64,000 nt of DNA from Eledone cirrhosa (lineage: Eukaryota). The notes below the pieces were generated by a model that worked only from the letters and a program-made list of their open reading frames with translations, was not told where the DNA came from and did no database searches. Within the stretch, counting starts at the first letter, position 1; every line of letters starts with the position of its first letter. A program made the position numbers and the translations under genes. The stretch spans positions 22,196,001-22,260,000 of the forward strand of contig OZ024745.1 in assembly GCA_964016885.1 (NCBI GenBank). The letters are read 5' to 3'. Below are positions 1 to 13,107 of the stretch, piece by piece.

Positions 1-388
1 TATATAATCTCATCAACACATTGTAAAATTGACCTGAGCTAGATATAATCTTACTCAAATAAATCCAAACAGTCTCAAACGTATTCAAATTGATCTTACA
101 ACAGTCAAACATAACTCAAAATACGTAAACTCATGGAAACACACTTAAATGTATTAAAATACTGGCCGTATCTAATTATGATTTTAGATTTCACGAACGT
201 CTAAAAAAAACTTTTAAAAACATTGAAAACGACCGGAACACATCAAACCGTGTCAGTCAAACTTACTCTAGCCTTACGGCAAGAACCAAAAGACGGACGA
301 CATATTAAGGCAGATAACTCTACCATGTGATTCCTTTTTGCATTGCAGGTGTCTCTCATTTTCTCTGACACATCCTTATTCCTTTTAG

Positions 389-444
<56 letters not shown>

Positions 445-449
<5 letters not shown>

Positions 450-564
450 TAAGTATTTGCTCTGTTTCTTATATATTTTATATATTCTTATATACTTGAT
501 ATATATTTATCCTTATCGAACCCTCTTTGGATTTTAGACTTCATGTTTATTATTATTACTATAT

Positions 565-568
<4 letters not shown>
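445..568 (+). mobile_element. 3'-end fragment of a small (TA)n-inserted element, same family as 16487-16710
   Basis: ATCCTTATCGAACCCTCTTTGGATTTTAGACTTCA matches the reverse complement of 16500-16540; (TA)n on both sides. Confidence 0.7.
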
Positions 569-659
<91 letters not shown>

Positions 660-660
<1 letters not shown>

Positions 661-1822
661 GTATATATATAAAATTAAGTATGTGTGTGTGTGTGTCTGT
701 GTATTACCTGTAGGGGCCTACATCTTATGACCGATTTTCATGAAACTTTACAGGCTCATAGATTAGTCATCGGGGGAGTGTTTTCTATATATCAGCGTAT
801 TGTTTTTTTTTTATTCCGGGGTCATTCTGCAGATAAAAATCGATAGGGGGTCACCTCTTTTTAGGTATCGAAAAATAAGATTTTGGGCTCTAGCTCCCAC
901 ATTTTGCCACCGATTTCGTTCAAATTTTAAAGCAAAATAGAATTTATCATTGTACATCCTGTAATTGCTTTATATTTTGCCTTTGTTGTTCAGGGACGGC
1001 ATTGCAGCCGCTTAAATATTCAAAAATACTACTTTTAGACTCAAATTTCCACTTTTTCGGCTCTAGCTCCCACATTAATCAACCTACTTTGTTCAAATTT
1101 TACACTACGCTAGATCTGATTATTTCACGTCTTAACCTGCCTTTACATTTTGGATTTTTTGTTCAGGAACGGCGTGGCAACCGCTTAAATATTCGAAAAT
1201 AACATCTTTTCGCTCAAATTTCCACCTTTTTCGGCTCTAGCTCCCACATTTTTCAACCGATTTCATTCAAATTCCACCTCACACATAAATCAATTTATTT
1301 GGTTCAACTTTTATACTACGATAGAACCTATCATTGCACATCTTATAATAGCTTTACACTGCATTTTTTGTTCAGGGACGGCAACCTATCATTAGCTTCC
1401 ACATTGTTCAACCGATTTCGTTCAAATTCGAAACTTCGGCTCCACCTCACACATAAATCAATTTATTTGGTTCAACTGTTATACTACGATAGAACCTATC
1501 ATTGCACATCTTATAGATAATCAAAGGCAAAAGGATGGCCACTGACGGCCAGCTTTTAGTTGTGTATTTGAGAATTCATCGGTTTCCAATCAAGTAGCGT
1601 GAGGAAATTTGGCTTAGTGTTAGAGGTCATTACCTCCCACCCCCAGCATGCCCCTTCATCAGTCACCCGCGTTTCTCAGTGATAGAGGTCATCACCACTT
1701 TCCCTCGCATGGCCTGTGTCTGGCCATAGATGAGTCATCGAGAAGCAGTCGGTAAGATCAACACATTTTCATCAAAGCAGATATTATTTTACCTACCCAG
1801 GCAACGCTGGGTACTGCTGCTA

Positions 1823-1823
<1 letters not shown>
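660..1823 (+). mobile_element. Non-autonomous Helitron-like element with internal ~170-bp subrepeats
   Basis: 3' hairpin CCCAG-GCAACG-CTGGG then CTAG|T at 1820-1824; GGCTCTAGCTCCCACATT recurs at ~886, 1060 and 1233. The 5' end is blurred by (TA)n. Confidence 0.65.
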
Positions 1824-1867
<44 letters not shown>

Positions 1868-2472
1868 GAGTGTATAACATCCTGAACGTTCTGAAGAAGT
1901 TCGACATTATCGCTGCAAATAGTCACATTTCTCGTCAGCTGATTCTATTTTTTTTAAAATCTGGTTGCCTTAACGTTTGTCTTCGTTAAGCTCACCCTAA
2001 TACATAAAAAATATATTGAAAACTGACGTAAACATTTCTAAGAATAACACAACGGTTAAACACATGGAAAAGTAGCTAAACATAGCCTACGAAAATATTC
2101 AAATATTTTCGAACCTACGCAAACATTGCCAATAATATTTGCAACACATGAAGTCGCACACATACACACTCATATTTAGTAGAGTTTTTGTAGCGATTTT
2201 CTTATTTATTTATTTGTTTATTTATTTGTTTGTTTATTTATTGAGTGGTTGTTATTATTATATATGCTGTTCTCACCCTCCTCTTCTTCCACACACTCCT
2301 CTGCCACTTCCTCATCACTATCCTCATCAACATATTCAATTTACTTATACAGGTGCATCCCTACGACGAACAGTAAAATATATTTCTGTACATCTAATCA
2401 CACACGTATGCACATTCATATTTTTCTGTTCTTACGGGCGTTTCCTACTTTATTTATTATCTATTTTGGATT

Positions 2473-2519
2473 ACTATTACTACTACTACCACCAGCATCA
2501 CTACTACTGTTGCTGATAC

Positions 2520-2577
<58 letters not shown>

Positions 2578-2600
2578 GCTGCTGCTGCTACTGCTGCTGA

Positions 2601-2675
<75 letters not shown>

Positions 2676-2699
2676 CAACACCACTACGGCTGTTGCTGA

Positions 2700-2745
<46 letters not shown>

Positions 2746-2915
2746 GCTGCTACTACTATTACTACTCCTACTATTACTACTATTACTACTACTGCTGCTG
2801 CTGCTACTACTACTATCACTACCACTACCATCACTACTACTACTATTACTACTACTGTCACCACCACCACCATTACTACTACCATTATTATTACCATCAT
2901 CATCATCTTCATCTT
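2473..2915. repeat. (CTA)n/(TAC)n trinucleotide microsatellite
   Basis: Directly visible; explains the poly-L and poly-V ORFs. Confidence 0.95.
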
Positions 2916-3988
2916 TATCATACTCAGTTTACGTATACAGGTGTGTGCTTGCTTTATTATTCTCTTTCCTCATTACTACTATGTTTTCTCTGCTAATTGT
3001 ATGGCATAATATTGAATATGAAGTATTTCGCTGTGTTACCTCCTTAGGTAAGACACACATCTCAGCCTGTCTTGGTCAGCATGACAAATATCTTTAACTC
3101 TTACTACTACACATGTCTTCAAAGGTGTTACGGTATCTATTAATACAGAAACATACGTAAAGATGAACGTATAACAATACTTACTGCAAGAGACAAGACT
3201 TCATATTTAGGGGATAGGTATAGTTAAAAAGATATAATATTTCTACAGACACATAATTCATCGAACTTTCCACCTTGAAAATATATTAAAATCAGACTCA
3301 GTCTGATTTGAGCTCAGATCCTAAAGGTACGTAACTATATTCCATTAGATATTTTGTCCGTCATTCTCCACCAAATCTGCCAATTTCCTTATGCAACGAA
3401 ATAATTCTTGTAAAAAACAATAGAAGTATCAAAACCCAATGTGATAATCTAACATATCTATATATTAATTTCAACAATGTCATTATTCCGTATGTCATAA
3501 TTCTCGATTATCATTGGTTCATAGGTTTCAAACGACTCCGCCCACCTCAACGACGCCAAACTTAAATTAATATGTATAATGCCAATGAGGGAGTGAAGGG
3601 GAGAGAGAGAGAGGCAAAGTGAACGCTGTGTTTGGATACACTATGTATATGTGTCAGTGTAAAAACATGAGGGTGGAAATAAGGAGGGAAGGAAAGCAAT
3701 AACTATTAACATGTGTGCGTGTGTATGTACGTGCGCGTATGTTTATGTGTGTGCGTGCAGCGTTCCACAGAAAGTAAAAATTATCAACATGTGTGAGTGT
3801 GTGCGTGTGTGTAAGTTTGCGTGCGTGTACGCGTTTCCATGCGTGTATGTGTGTGTACGTGCGGCATTCCACAATCGCCACGCAGTTTATCTGTCTGTGT
3901 GCCTGTCTGTCAGTTTAACATACACAGAGTCGTGAAGGAGTAAAGAGGGACCTTTTTTTACATTGACAGACATCTCTTATATTAATTA

Positions 3989-4347
3989 TCTATATATATA
4001 TATATACATATAATATAAAGGATTGGAACTTCCATCATCCTTTTGAGAAACGTGGAACAACCACATCTATGCAATGATACACGTTTCACAGTCAGGCAGA
4101 AGATGAGCCATCTCCTAGACGTCACTATTCTAGGTGGGAGCACCTAGAATTGTTCAAATACTATGCACAAACGGTACAACGAAGAATCTGGTATATCTGG
4201 AAGACTTTTTTACTGTTTTTTGTATCACACAGGCACCACGGACTCGCTCATACTGTAACCAGACAAACATCCGATACAGTCATTTTCTCTTTTACATGTC
4301 TTCTCTTATCATCTGTTTACCTGGGCGAAGCTGGGTACGTCAGCTAG
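3989..4347 (+). mobile_element. Non-autonomous Helitron
   Basis: A|TC start at 3989, subterminal hairpin CCTGG-GCGAAG-CTGGG, CTAG|T end at 4347, no TSD. Confidence 0.7.
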
Positions 4348-5193
4348 TCCTTATCAAAATATGAATAAAAAGTTTGATTTTTCTGACTCAGTCGTAAAAA
4401 TGAAATGTAACAACAATGACCTTTGTTTAGGTCATCATCCGAGACGGAAGTGAAGAAGGGAGGTAATTATCTTCATACCAAAGACTCAGCCCCAACACTT
4501 GTAACAGGATGGACGCCACCAAAGGCCTATTGGTGGTGTTAAAATTGCTGATATATATCTGCCACCAAATAGATAAAGAGTATTTTCAATAGGCTTCTAT
4601 ACAGTTTTCGCCTACCAAATTTTCCACACATGATTTCTGTTGATCCGAGGCTATAATAGAAAATACTTGTCTATCGTATGCAAAAACGATAAAATTGCCG
4701 ACTCTGGTGTTTATATTGAATATTAAAAAGCATTTTCTTTAACACTGCATCAATGTCTTTCGAAAAGAATAAAATATGCTGAATGAATAGAACAGGGGAA
4801 CATGATCATGAGTGTATGTGTTTGTAATTGTGCGTGTGTGAATGTGAGTATATGAGTGTGGTTGTGAGAGTGTATGTATATATCTGTATGTGTATTTCAT
4901 AATGGCTTAGTTAAGAGCCATCAATTTCAAAATATTTTCCCCTATTTACTGTTATTTTCGTCTTCCACAGTGAATTACAGATTGTTCTGGCTACTACATT
5001 ATGCCTCAAGGGTGTGTGTGTGTGTGCCTCTGTGTGTGTGTGTGTGCCAAGAAGTAAAAAGTCTTAGCATTGACTATCATTTAAGTAGTTATGGCCTGTA
5101 AGTGATTAAATATCTAACATTATCTATAATTGTACCAGCAAGGTTCATCTGTGTATAGGTGTGTGTTTTCTATGTATGTGTGTATTTGTGTCT

Positions 5194-5231
<38 letters not shown>

Positions 5232-5597
5232 TATGTTTGTACGTGAATGGTGTACGTACATATGTACACACAGAACAATTATAGTCAACTTTGCCAACGT
5301 TTACTCGGCAAGGAGGATTTATTAATCCGACTTTAATTCTTCACACACCATGTTGATAATTGTGTTCTATTGACGAGAAGATTCAGTAATGATGCTGCTA
5401 GCTTGCCTCTGTTAGTTATAATAGTAGTGTGTTTCGTATAGCTGGTGACACCATATTGTTAATCCTGGTGTTGATTTAATGGTTCTTCTAGCAGAGGCTG
5501 GCCGCCGTAGTATTGCTGGAATTTTCTGTGTATTCAACCCCAGGTTATTACTGCTTTTTACTATGTGGAGCGAATCCTGGATCACACACACACACAC

Positions 5598-5710
<113 letters not shown>

Positions 5711-5805
5711 GATGTCAACATGAATGGACCTGTTATTTTTATCTAAAGACATTTTTTCCAATTCCGTCCCGCCCATCCCCTCAATCTATTTTATTTCTCA
5801 TTCTT

Positions 5806-5841
5806 TCTTCTGATGAAGGACTAGCGTCCGAAACGTCAAGA
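5806..5841 (+). ncRNA. Minimal type I hammerhead ribozyme
   Basis: TCTT CTGATGA A GGAC-TAGC-GTCC GAAAC GTC AAGA: stem I TCTT/AAGA, 4-bp stem II, palindromic ACGT stem III, GUC cleavage triplet. Confidence 0.75.
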
Positions 5842-6056
5842 CCCTCTTCCTGCTATATCAAGCGTTAACCTAATATATACCTTCCATATACTGTACCGAT
5901 TGTGTTGTTATTTCTGTTTACCTTTTACATACATACATATATGTATATATAGTAAAATAACGGAGCAAAGGACTCGCGTATAATCCTGGTTTGAAATTCC
6001 TGTAAAGAAAAACACACTCTTCTGTGTCTTTCCCCTCTATATATTGTATTTTTTTA

Positions 6057-6130
<74 letters not shown>

Positions 6131-6133
<3 letters not shown>

Positions 6134-6228
6134 GGTGTCCCAAAAATTGTATACATACTTTGATTATCTGTACATGCACTATTTATTAGAATGCGGTTGA
6201 AGTAGGTATACATTTTTTGGACACCCTG
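6131..6228. mobile_element. Tc1/mariner-type MITE
   Basis: TIRs CAGGGTGTCCCAAAAATTGTATAC / GTATACATTTTTTGGACACCCTG, at the edge of (TA)n. Confidence 0.8.
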
Positions 6229-6267
6229 TGTATAATATATATATACATATACAAATTAACACATGTT

Positions 6268-6415
6268 AGTTTAAATCCCGTCGAGGTTAACTTTGCCTTT
6301 TATCCTTGCGGGGTCGATAAAATAAAGTACAAGTAACACGCTGGGGTCGATTTAGTTGACTTTTCCCTTTCCTTGAAATTGCTGCTTCAAATTGTGCCAA
6401 ATATAGAAATAATAA
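6268..6415 (+). mobile_element. tRNA-derived SINE, family A, 5'-truncated
   Basis: B-box-like GTTTAAATCCC followed by the family core GAGGTTAACTTTGCCTT..ATCCTT.CGGGGTCGATAAAATAAAGTAC, seen in about ten copies in this window. Confidence 0.8.
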
Positions 6416-6701
6416 TCACACAGTAACTCATATTGTCCTGTACATACTGACGTATGTCTTGACATAGGAAGTTGCGTGACGTAATTAACATATGGTCACG
6501 TTTAGTAACAATCACGTGACACTCTTAGAGATCTCGTGTCCACGTAACTTCCGTTCAAACCAGGATTTTCTTTCGACGTATTACGAAAAACCAGTTAAGT
6601 GAAGATCTTTCCCTCAGTCTCATATTTAATGTTACTTTAATGTTTTACTAATGAATTAAAGTGTTTTCTTTTTATACACGCTGCACCAAGTACATGGTGT
6701 C

Positions 6702-6738
<37 letters not shown>

Positions 6739-6870
6739 AGGAAGTTATAGTTCACTTGAAGCATTGTGTAATGAGGTATAAACGTTTGTATTTGTAAAGC
6801 CAAAACAATGCATTGTTTTGGTTTTACAAATAAAAACGTTTATATATATATACCTACAATGTACTTGGCG

Positions 6871-6970
6871 CAGGGTCTCCCAAAAAATGTATACATACTT
6901 CAACAACATTCTAAAATAAATATTACCTGAACAATTAATCAAAATAATTATACATTTTTTGTGGACACCT

Positions 6971-6972
<2 letters not shown>
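6871..6972. mobile_element. Tc1/mariner-type MITE, second copy, opposite orientation
   Basis: Imperfect TIRs CAGGGTCTCCCAAAAAATGTATAC / TATACATTTTTGTGGACACCTTG; interior resembles the reverse complement of 6131-6228. Confidence 0.75.
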
Positions 6973-7051
<79 letters not shown>

Positions 7052-7324
7052 GAAAATAGAGAAATTAATGTGAGCAAGAAGCCAACAGTAATTCTTCATA
7101 CATATAAGTGACTATTAGGTCAAGATAGAAAATATTTAACGTAAGATATGGGAAAATAATTCAATCTCAATTCAAAAAAAGTCAAGACAAAGATTTTATC
7201 CACAGATTTTGTGTAATCCAGGGGAAAAAACCAATAGAATCATAACTCAGAATAAAATTAAGAGTAAATACTTATCCTTCAATTTTGAAAAATCTTTGAA
7301 AGAAATTTTGAAAAATCTACAAAT

Positions 7325-7405
7325 GCTCTATATAGTCTTAAAAAGACTATTTCACGAAACTTTTCAGTGGGGTTAGTCACGGTTGGAGTCGTTCATCAGT
7401 AGAGC
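7325..7405 (-). ncRNA. Type I hammerhead ribozyme inside a ~450-bp (TA)n-flanked element (~7050-7500)
   Basis: Minus strand: GCTCTA CTGATGA ACGA..(long loop)..TCGT GAA ATAGTCTT-TTT-AAGACTAT A TAGAGC. 6-bp stem I, 8-bp stem III, AUA triplet. Confidence 0.8.
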
Positions 7406-7563
7406 TCAAACACGATAACAAAAAACCGCTGCTAAAATATGCCAGAAATGGAATTTAAAAGCAAGCTAGTTACACCTCGTGTGGAATTAAGATAATAAAC
7501 ACACATGGACACACACATATATATTAAGATAATAAACACATATAAACACACACACACACAAAC

Positions 7564-7587
<24 letters not shown>

Positions 7588-7595
<8 letters not shown>

Positions 7596-7782
7596 TAAAG
7601 GCTTCTACAGGACTAGAACTGTCTCATACGAAGTAAATCATGAGAAAAGCCCTGATGATTTCCTTCGTATGAAACAGTTCTAGTCCTGTAGAATCTTTTC
7701 TATATTTATTTTTTTGTATATACTCGACTTATATATGTAGTACCTTACCTACTGTAGTTAGCCACGATTGAAACAGAGACTC
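7588..7782 (+). mobile_element. Fold-back element with HHR-like arms (family F, copy 1)
   Basis: ~55-bp inverted repeat (7588-7706) containing CTGATGA..GAAACAGTTCTAGTC plus a unique tail; homologous to 17758-17948 and 18092-18272. Confidence 0.7.
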
Positions 7783-8214
7783 ACACACATATATATATAT
7801 ATTTTTTTTAACATGTCCCTTTCTATAACTGTAGACCATGATTTAAAGAAGATTTGGGCTTATTGTGAATAGGGTTTCTGTTGATATTGCTGTTAGTGTT
7901 GTTGGTATTAATTTTGGCATAAGTAGGTGCATCGTGGTTTGTTGTATAGTTAAAAGTGATAGCCAGTAGAATAATTACGTTGTAACACCGTTAATTCAAA
8001 TAAAGTATTTAGATAGATTTCTTAACCCTCTCCGTTATATTACACCTATAGATGCTAATGATAGTAATGTTAGTAGTAAAAACCTTCACCCACAGCACCA
8101 TAGTATAGTCATTAATACATTCAACACAGATAATTTCGTCATGTAATGTTTGATGGGCAGTTAGATAGTTGATGTAAATTTAATCTCCGCCTCTTTATGT
8201 ATATAGAGGAGGAC

Positions 8215-8603
<389 letters not shown>

Positions 8604-8643
8604 CTATATACTGGTGTTTTGGCCTTTATATATATCTGACAGT

Positions 8644-11343
8644 ATGCTAACAAAGAGCTACCTGCCTTTATCTCTGAAGAATATTCCCATCCCCTCTAGA
8701 AATACTTATGAAAAACTCTTAATTGCTAGTGTTAACTCCTTCGTAAAAAGGATTAGATGGCGTGCTTTCCACTTTGATATTAATAGGAATGGGATTGACC
8801 CCCGGGATAGGACTCGTTTCAATAACTTTGGTTTCAAGACTTATAAGAGCCCACCGCATAATGTTCTATTAGATAATTTTGAGAACGATTTACTTTCCCT
8901 TGTCAAAAATATAAAGTATAGGCCGTATAATAGATATGGGAACCATAATAAGTTCGACAGGTTCCAGTCTAAACTTAAGAATATCGTTAAGGATTTTAAA
9001 GGGAATAAGTCTATTCTTGTCCCGGCTGACAAGACTAAGAATCTTTACTCTATGGATTACAATGCTTACCGTAATTTTATCTATAAGGAGCTGCACAAAA
9101 ATTACAAAAAGACAACGCAAGATAATTTGGATCATATCAATAATGAGGGTCTCAAGATAGTTTCGGACCTGGGCCTTAATAAGTATACCCAGCCATATTA
9201 CCCTAGGGAACCGAGATTCACTCTTAAGGATCATAAGGTAGACTTCATTAGTAATCCTTCTGTTAGACTCATTAGTCCTTCTAAGTCTGATATAGCTATT
9301 ATTAGTAAGAAAATCCTTGACCTGATTATACCAGCCGTTAGGGAAAAGGTTCATTTTAATCTATGGGGGAACACTAAGGATGTTATAGATTGGTTCTCTG
9401 GTATTAATAAACTTGAGTCTAGTAGGTTTATCCAGTCTGATATTGATGCCTATTACACGTCGATTTCACCTATCCTCCTTAATAAAGCCTTAATTATGGC
9501 CATGCGAGTGTCTAGCCTTACACGACCGCAGATTGATGTTATACTAGCAGCCCGTAGGACTATCATCAAATTCGAGGATACACTTTGGACGCGTAAAAAC
9601 ACACCCAACAATTTCAACGTTACAATGGATTCGAGTGATTCAGCCCAGGTAACTGATCTTGTTGGGCTGTTCCTTCTAAATAAACTGTATGTTACCTTTC
9701 CGCACCTTAAAGGCGGACTTTATCGTGACGAAGCATTGTTTGTGATAAACTCTAGCACCAACAACATTGAGCATAATAGGAAGAAACTTTATACATTTTA
9801 AAAAAATTTTAACCTTTCGATCACGATTGATAGAAATGATAGAGCGGTCAACTTTTTAGATGTGACTTTGGACTTGATCACTAATAGTTATAAACCCTTC
9901 CATAAGCCAAATGAGATACTCTCTTATGTTAATCCCAATTCTAACCACCCCAAATCTATGATTAGCTCTATAATTAACGGTGCATCTAATAGAATTTCCA
10001 CACTCTCTAAGGATATAGGAATATTTAATTCACATGCAGAGTACTATAATAATGCCCTAGATAACTCTGGTTACTCTGGTAAAATACGTTATAATGAGAA
10101 CAACCTTAGAAAGTCTCCGTTTACCCATAATAATAATAACGTAATTTCCCATAATATGGCTATGAATGGGAGTAGAAAGCATAAGAATCGTAGAAATCCC
10201 ATAGGTGTATCCTAACCCATGCATAGATTAAGCTACCGTGATCGTAATAGTGAGTCTAATGGTACACTTTTCGGGATTAGTTCTAGGGAACAAGTTAGGC
10301 ACTGTGATCGCTCACCCAGTGGTAATGTTTTTACTAATTCTAATAGTGTTGTTTCAACTGATCCTGGTAGTAACCCTAATCCAATTGATATGATTCCCGA
10401 TAACAGTAGATATACTAAAGGTAGAAACAGAAGGAGACTCAATAGGGTTTTGGTTGCTTCTAATAATGTTGTTTCAACTAGTCCTTGTAGTAACCCTGAT
10501 CCTATTAGTGGGATACTGGATAACGGTAGAGTTCGTAAGGATAGAAATAGGAGGAGACTCAATACTTATTTTAACCCGTCTTATGATCATGAAGTATTAA
10601 CTAACATCCCTAGGTCTTTCTTTTCTATCTTAGAGAAAGATTTCCCTCCTACTAATACATACCATGGTATTTTTAATAAAAATGTAATTAAACTATCATT
10701 CTCTACCACCCCTAATATTAGTTCTCATTTAGCTAGCACTAACAATAAGAAAATTAGGGACAGCTACTCCTCTTTGCGTACTAATAGTCTTGATAGATCC
10801 ATTAATGCCTTACCACCTGAGCAGACCTTATCTTATAATAACCCTAGAAGTGATGCATCACTTATTCAGCCGGTAAATAGCACCAGGTAGTGTAACTGTA
10901 GAGTAAGTATTAACTGCCCTGTAAATGGTCACTACCTCTCTAGGAACATTGTTTATGCTTGTGAAGTTAAGACTGATTCTTCTAATATCACATATATAGG
11001 CTCCACATCAAATACTTTTAAAACTAGGGTTAATTCTCATATCTCTAATTTTAAGCATGTTAAGTTTAAGAACTCTACTTCTTTAGCACACCATATCTGG
11101 GATCTTAAAGGGGCAGGCATGCCATATAGCCTTAATTGGCGTATAGTAGCACGCTCTAATAACCTATCAACACACACTAAATTCTGTAATCTCTGTATCC
11201 TAGAGACCCACTCTATAATTTTCTCTAGGGAAGTTTTGCTTAATAGAAAGTCTGAGATATTTTCTTCCTGCCCCCATGCCATTTCTAATTCTTTCTTCTA
11301 TTATAGACCTAAAAGTTCTGGTAGTTTAAATCGTATTCATTAG
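8644..11343 (+). pseudogene. Penelope-like (Naiad) reverse transcriptase / GIY-YIG endonuclease ORF, ~899 codons, interrupted by 3 stops
   Basis: ORFs 8614, 9862, 10219 and 11119 share one frame; stops are TAA 9799, TAA 10213 and TAG 10888. Motifs: [43 protein letters not shown] (YRDD decayed), VNFLDVTLDL, SNHP, CNC..CP zinc knuckle, NIVY..YIG..FKTR..H, CNLC..E, LLNRKSE..CPH. Confidence 0.92.
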
Positions 11344-12931
11344 CTGCTATATTTCCTTATCTTTTTTGTTTAGGTTCATTTTGATTACCATCATCTTTAT
11401 TATTATTAGTTTTTTACAACTTTTCGATTTTAGTTTCCATAGTCTTTTGGCTACCATACCCTATCTATCGTCTTAAGCATTATTATAGTTTCACTACTAA
11501 CACCTTATGGGTTTATATCTTATTAAATACTTTGGTTGGAGTCTCATTCAACTAATGTACCTCCTCCTCTACACACTTAATATCCGCCCCTTCTATTATA
11601 CTATATATAAATTTCACCTTTATGCTCCTTTTATGTTATTATATAATATATTGATTTTACTTTTATGCTCCTTCCTATGCTCCATAACCTCTCTTCTTTC
11701 TGTTCCCATTGGTCTACCATAGTTCTATTTAGAGTCCTTTTATTTGATAACGTTATTCGACTGAACGGAGCATATTTTACTCTCTTCTTGATAATTTTAT
11801 TGAAATATCTCAAACTTATACGTTTTTGATGACTTAAACTATAGCCAATTTTGAAGTGACTAAATATGTATTTTAAATACTTTTAATATTAATTAATTTG
11901 AAAAGGTTTTCTAGTCAATTCGCCGCTTACATTTCTATCTCTTCTTTTACTTAACCGCTTGTGACACCTAAGTAAATATACTTGTTTTTGTTTTTCGATC
12001 TTCGGTTTATTTTATTTATTTTTTTACTACCACACGCTGTTCATTAATATATGTCTGTGTATCTCAACCGCGTAAATATTTATTAAGCATTTCCTTAGAC
12101 TCTGTTTGATATTTGATATTAATGTTGTTATATCATAACATTTTTATGTAATCGTATTATAGATTTTAATATATGTTATTTGAAGTACAGTTCTATTATA
12201 TTTTGTAATATTTTGTGATATTTTGGTAATAGTTATGCCAATGTAAAACGACTTGACCTCCGTGTATTTGTTGCAATGGTATAGATATTTTTTTCAACAC
12301 AATTTTTTCAACACTATTTAGTTCTATATGATTTTTTCTTACCCTGTGTAAAACTTTATACTATTTGTTAACCTTGAATTATATATATGATGTAATTTTG
12401 TATATCTTTTGATGCCAATATATTATAATATTGTTATTATAATGTTATTATAATGTTTTTATATTGTTTATGCACACTCACAGGGAATTATATATTATAT
12501 TTTATTTTTATTTTTATCTTTATTATATTATACTGTAAACAATATATATATATATTTAAATACTTAATAAGTGTTAGTTTGTGTTTGTACTAATGTATAT
12601 ATGTATAAATATATATATATATACATATATTAAGCTTTTTATTATCCCCATCTATTATATTATATTATATATTATATTATATTCTATATCGTACTGTAAT
12701 TCTCGCATTATATTACCATTTGTGTTTTTGCATTATATATTATTTACAATGTGGGTTCAACATGTTAATCACTTCCTTGCTATTTGGTCTATATCTATGT
12801 TTGTAACTGCTCGCTCTTAATCTTAGCCTACTTTTCCTTGATATCCTTCCTAGGCTTTAATAGATGTATACTCCATATTCTTCTGAGTTTTTGGCTTGTA
12901 TTGGCCGATAGTGCTTCTTGTAGTTTTACTT

Positions 12932-12969
12932 GCCCTGATGAGTCCTTAATAGGACGAAACATTGTTGGC
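12932..12969 (+). ncRNA. Minimal type I hammerhead ribozyme at the 3' end of the Penelope-like element
   Basis: GCC CTGATGA GTCCT-TAAT-AGGAC GAAAC-ATT-GTT GGC, followed by AATAAA at 12971. Confidence 0.75.
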
Positions 12970-13107
12970 TAATAAAGACTTTTGATGTATTGAAGGCTTC
13001 TTTGATTTATTTTTTATATTTCTTCGGCTCTGTTTAATTACATTGAGCTATATCTTATACTGTCATTTCTAGTATTTTAATTTTTCTTATATATATATAT
13101 ATATATA

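Larger units (their letters stand above)
8604..13088 (+). mobile_element. Penelope-like retroelement, Naiad type, inserted in (TA)n
   Basis: RT + GIY-YIG ORF, ~1.7-kb AT-rich 3' region with an HHR and AATAAA, and (TA)n tracts at both boundaries. Confidence 0.88.

Noticed and set aside
1630-1945. CTGANGA matches on the minus strand at ~1656 and ~1932 (also 8262, 16035, 16155, 31051)
   Set aside because: No properly placed stem II, GAAA and stem I.
9799-10890. Selenocysteine or programmed read-through in the Naiad ORF (some Naiads are selenoproteins)
   Set aside because: The three stops are TAA, TAA and TAG, not TGA, and none is at an evident Cys position. The RT motif is also decayed (YRDE), so ordinary inactivation is simpler.
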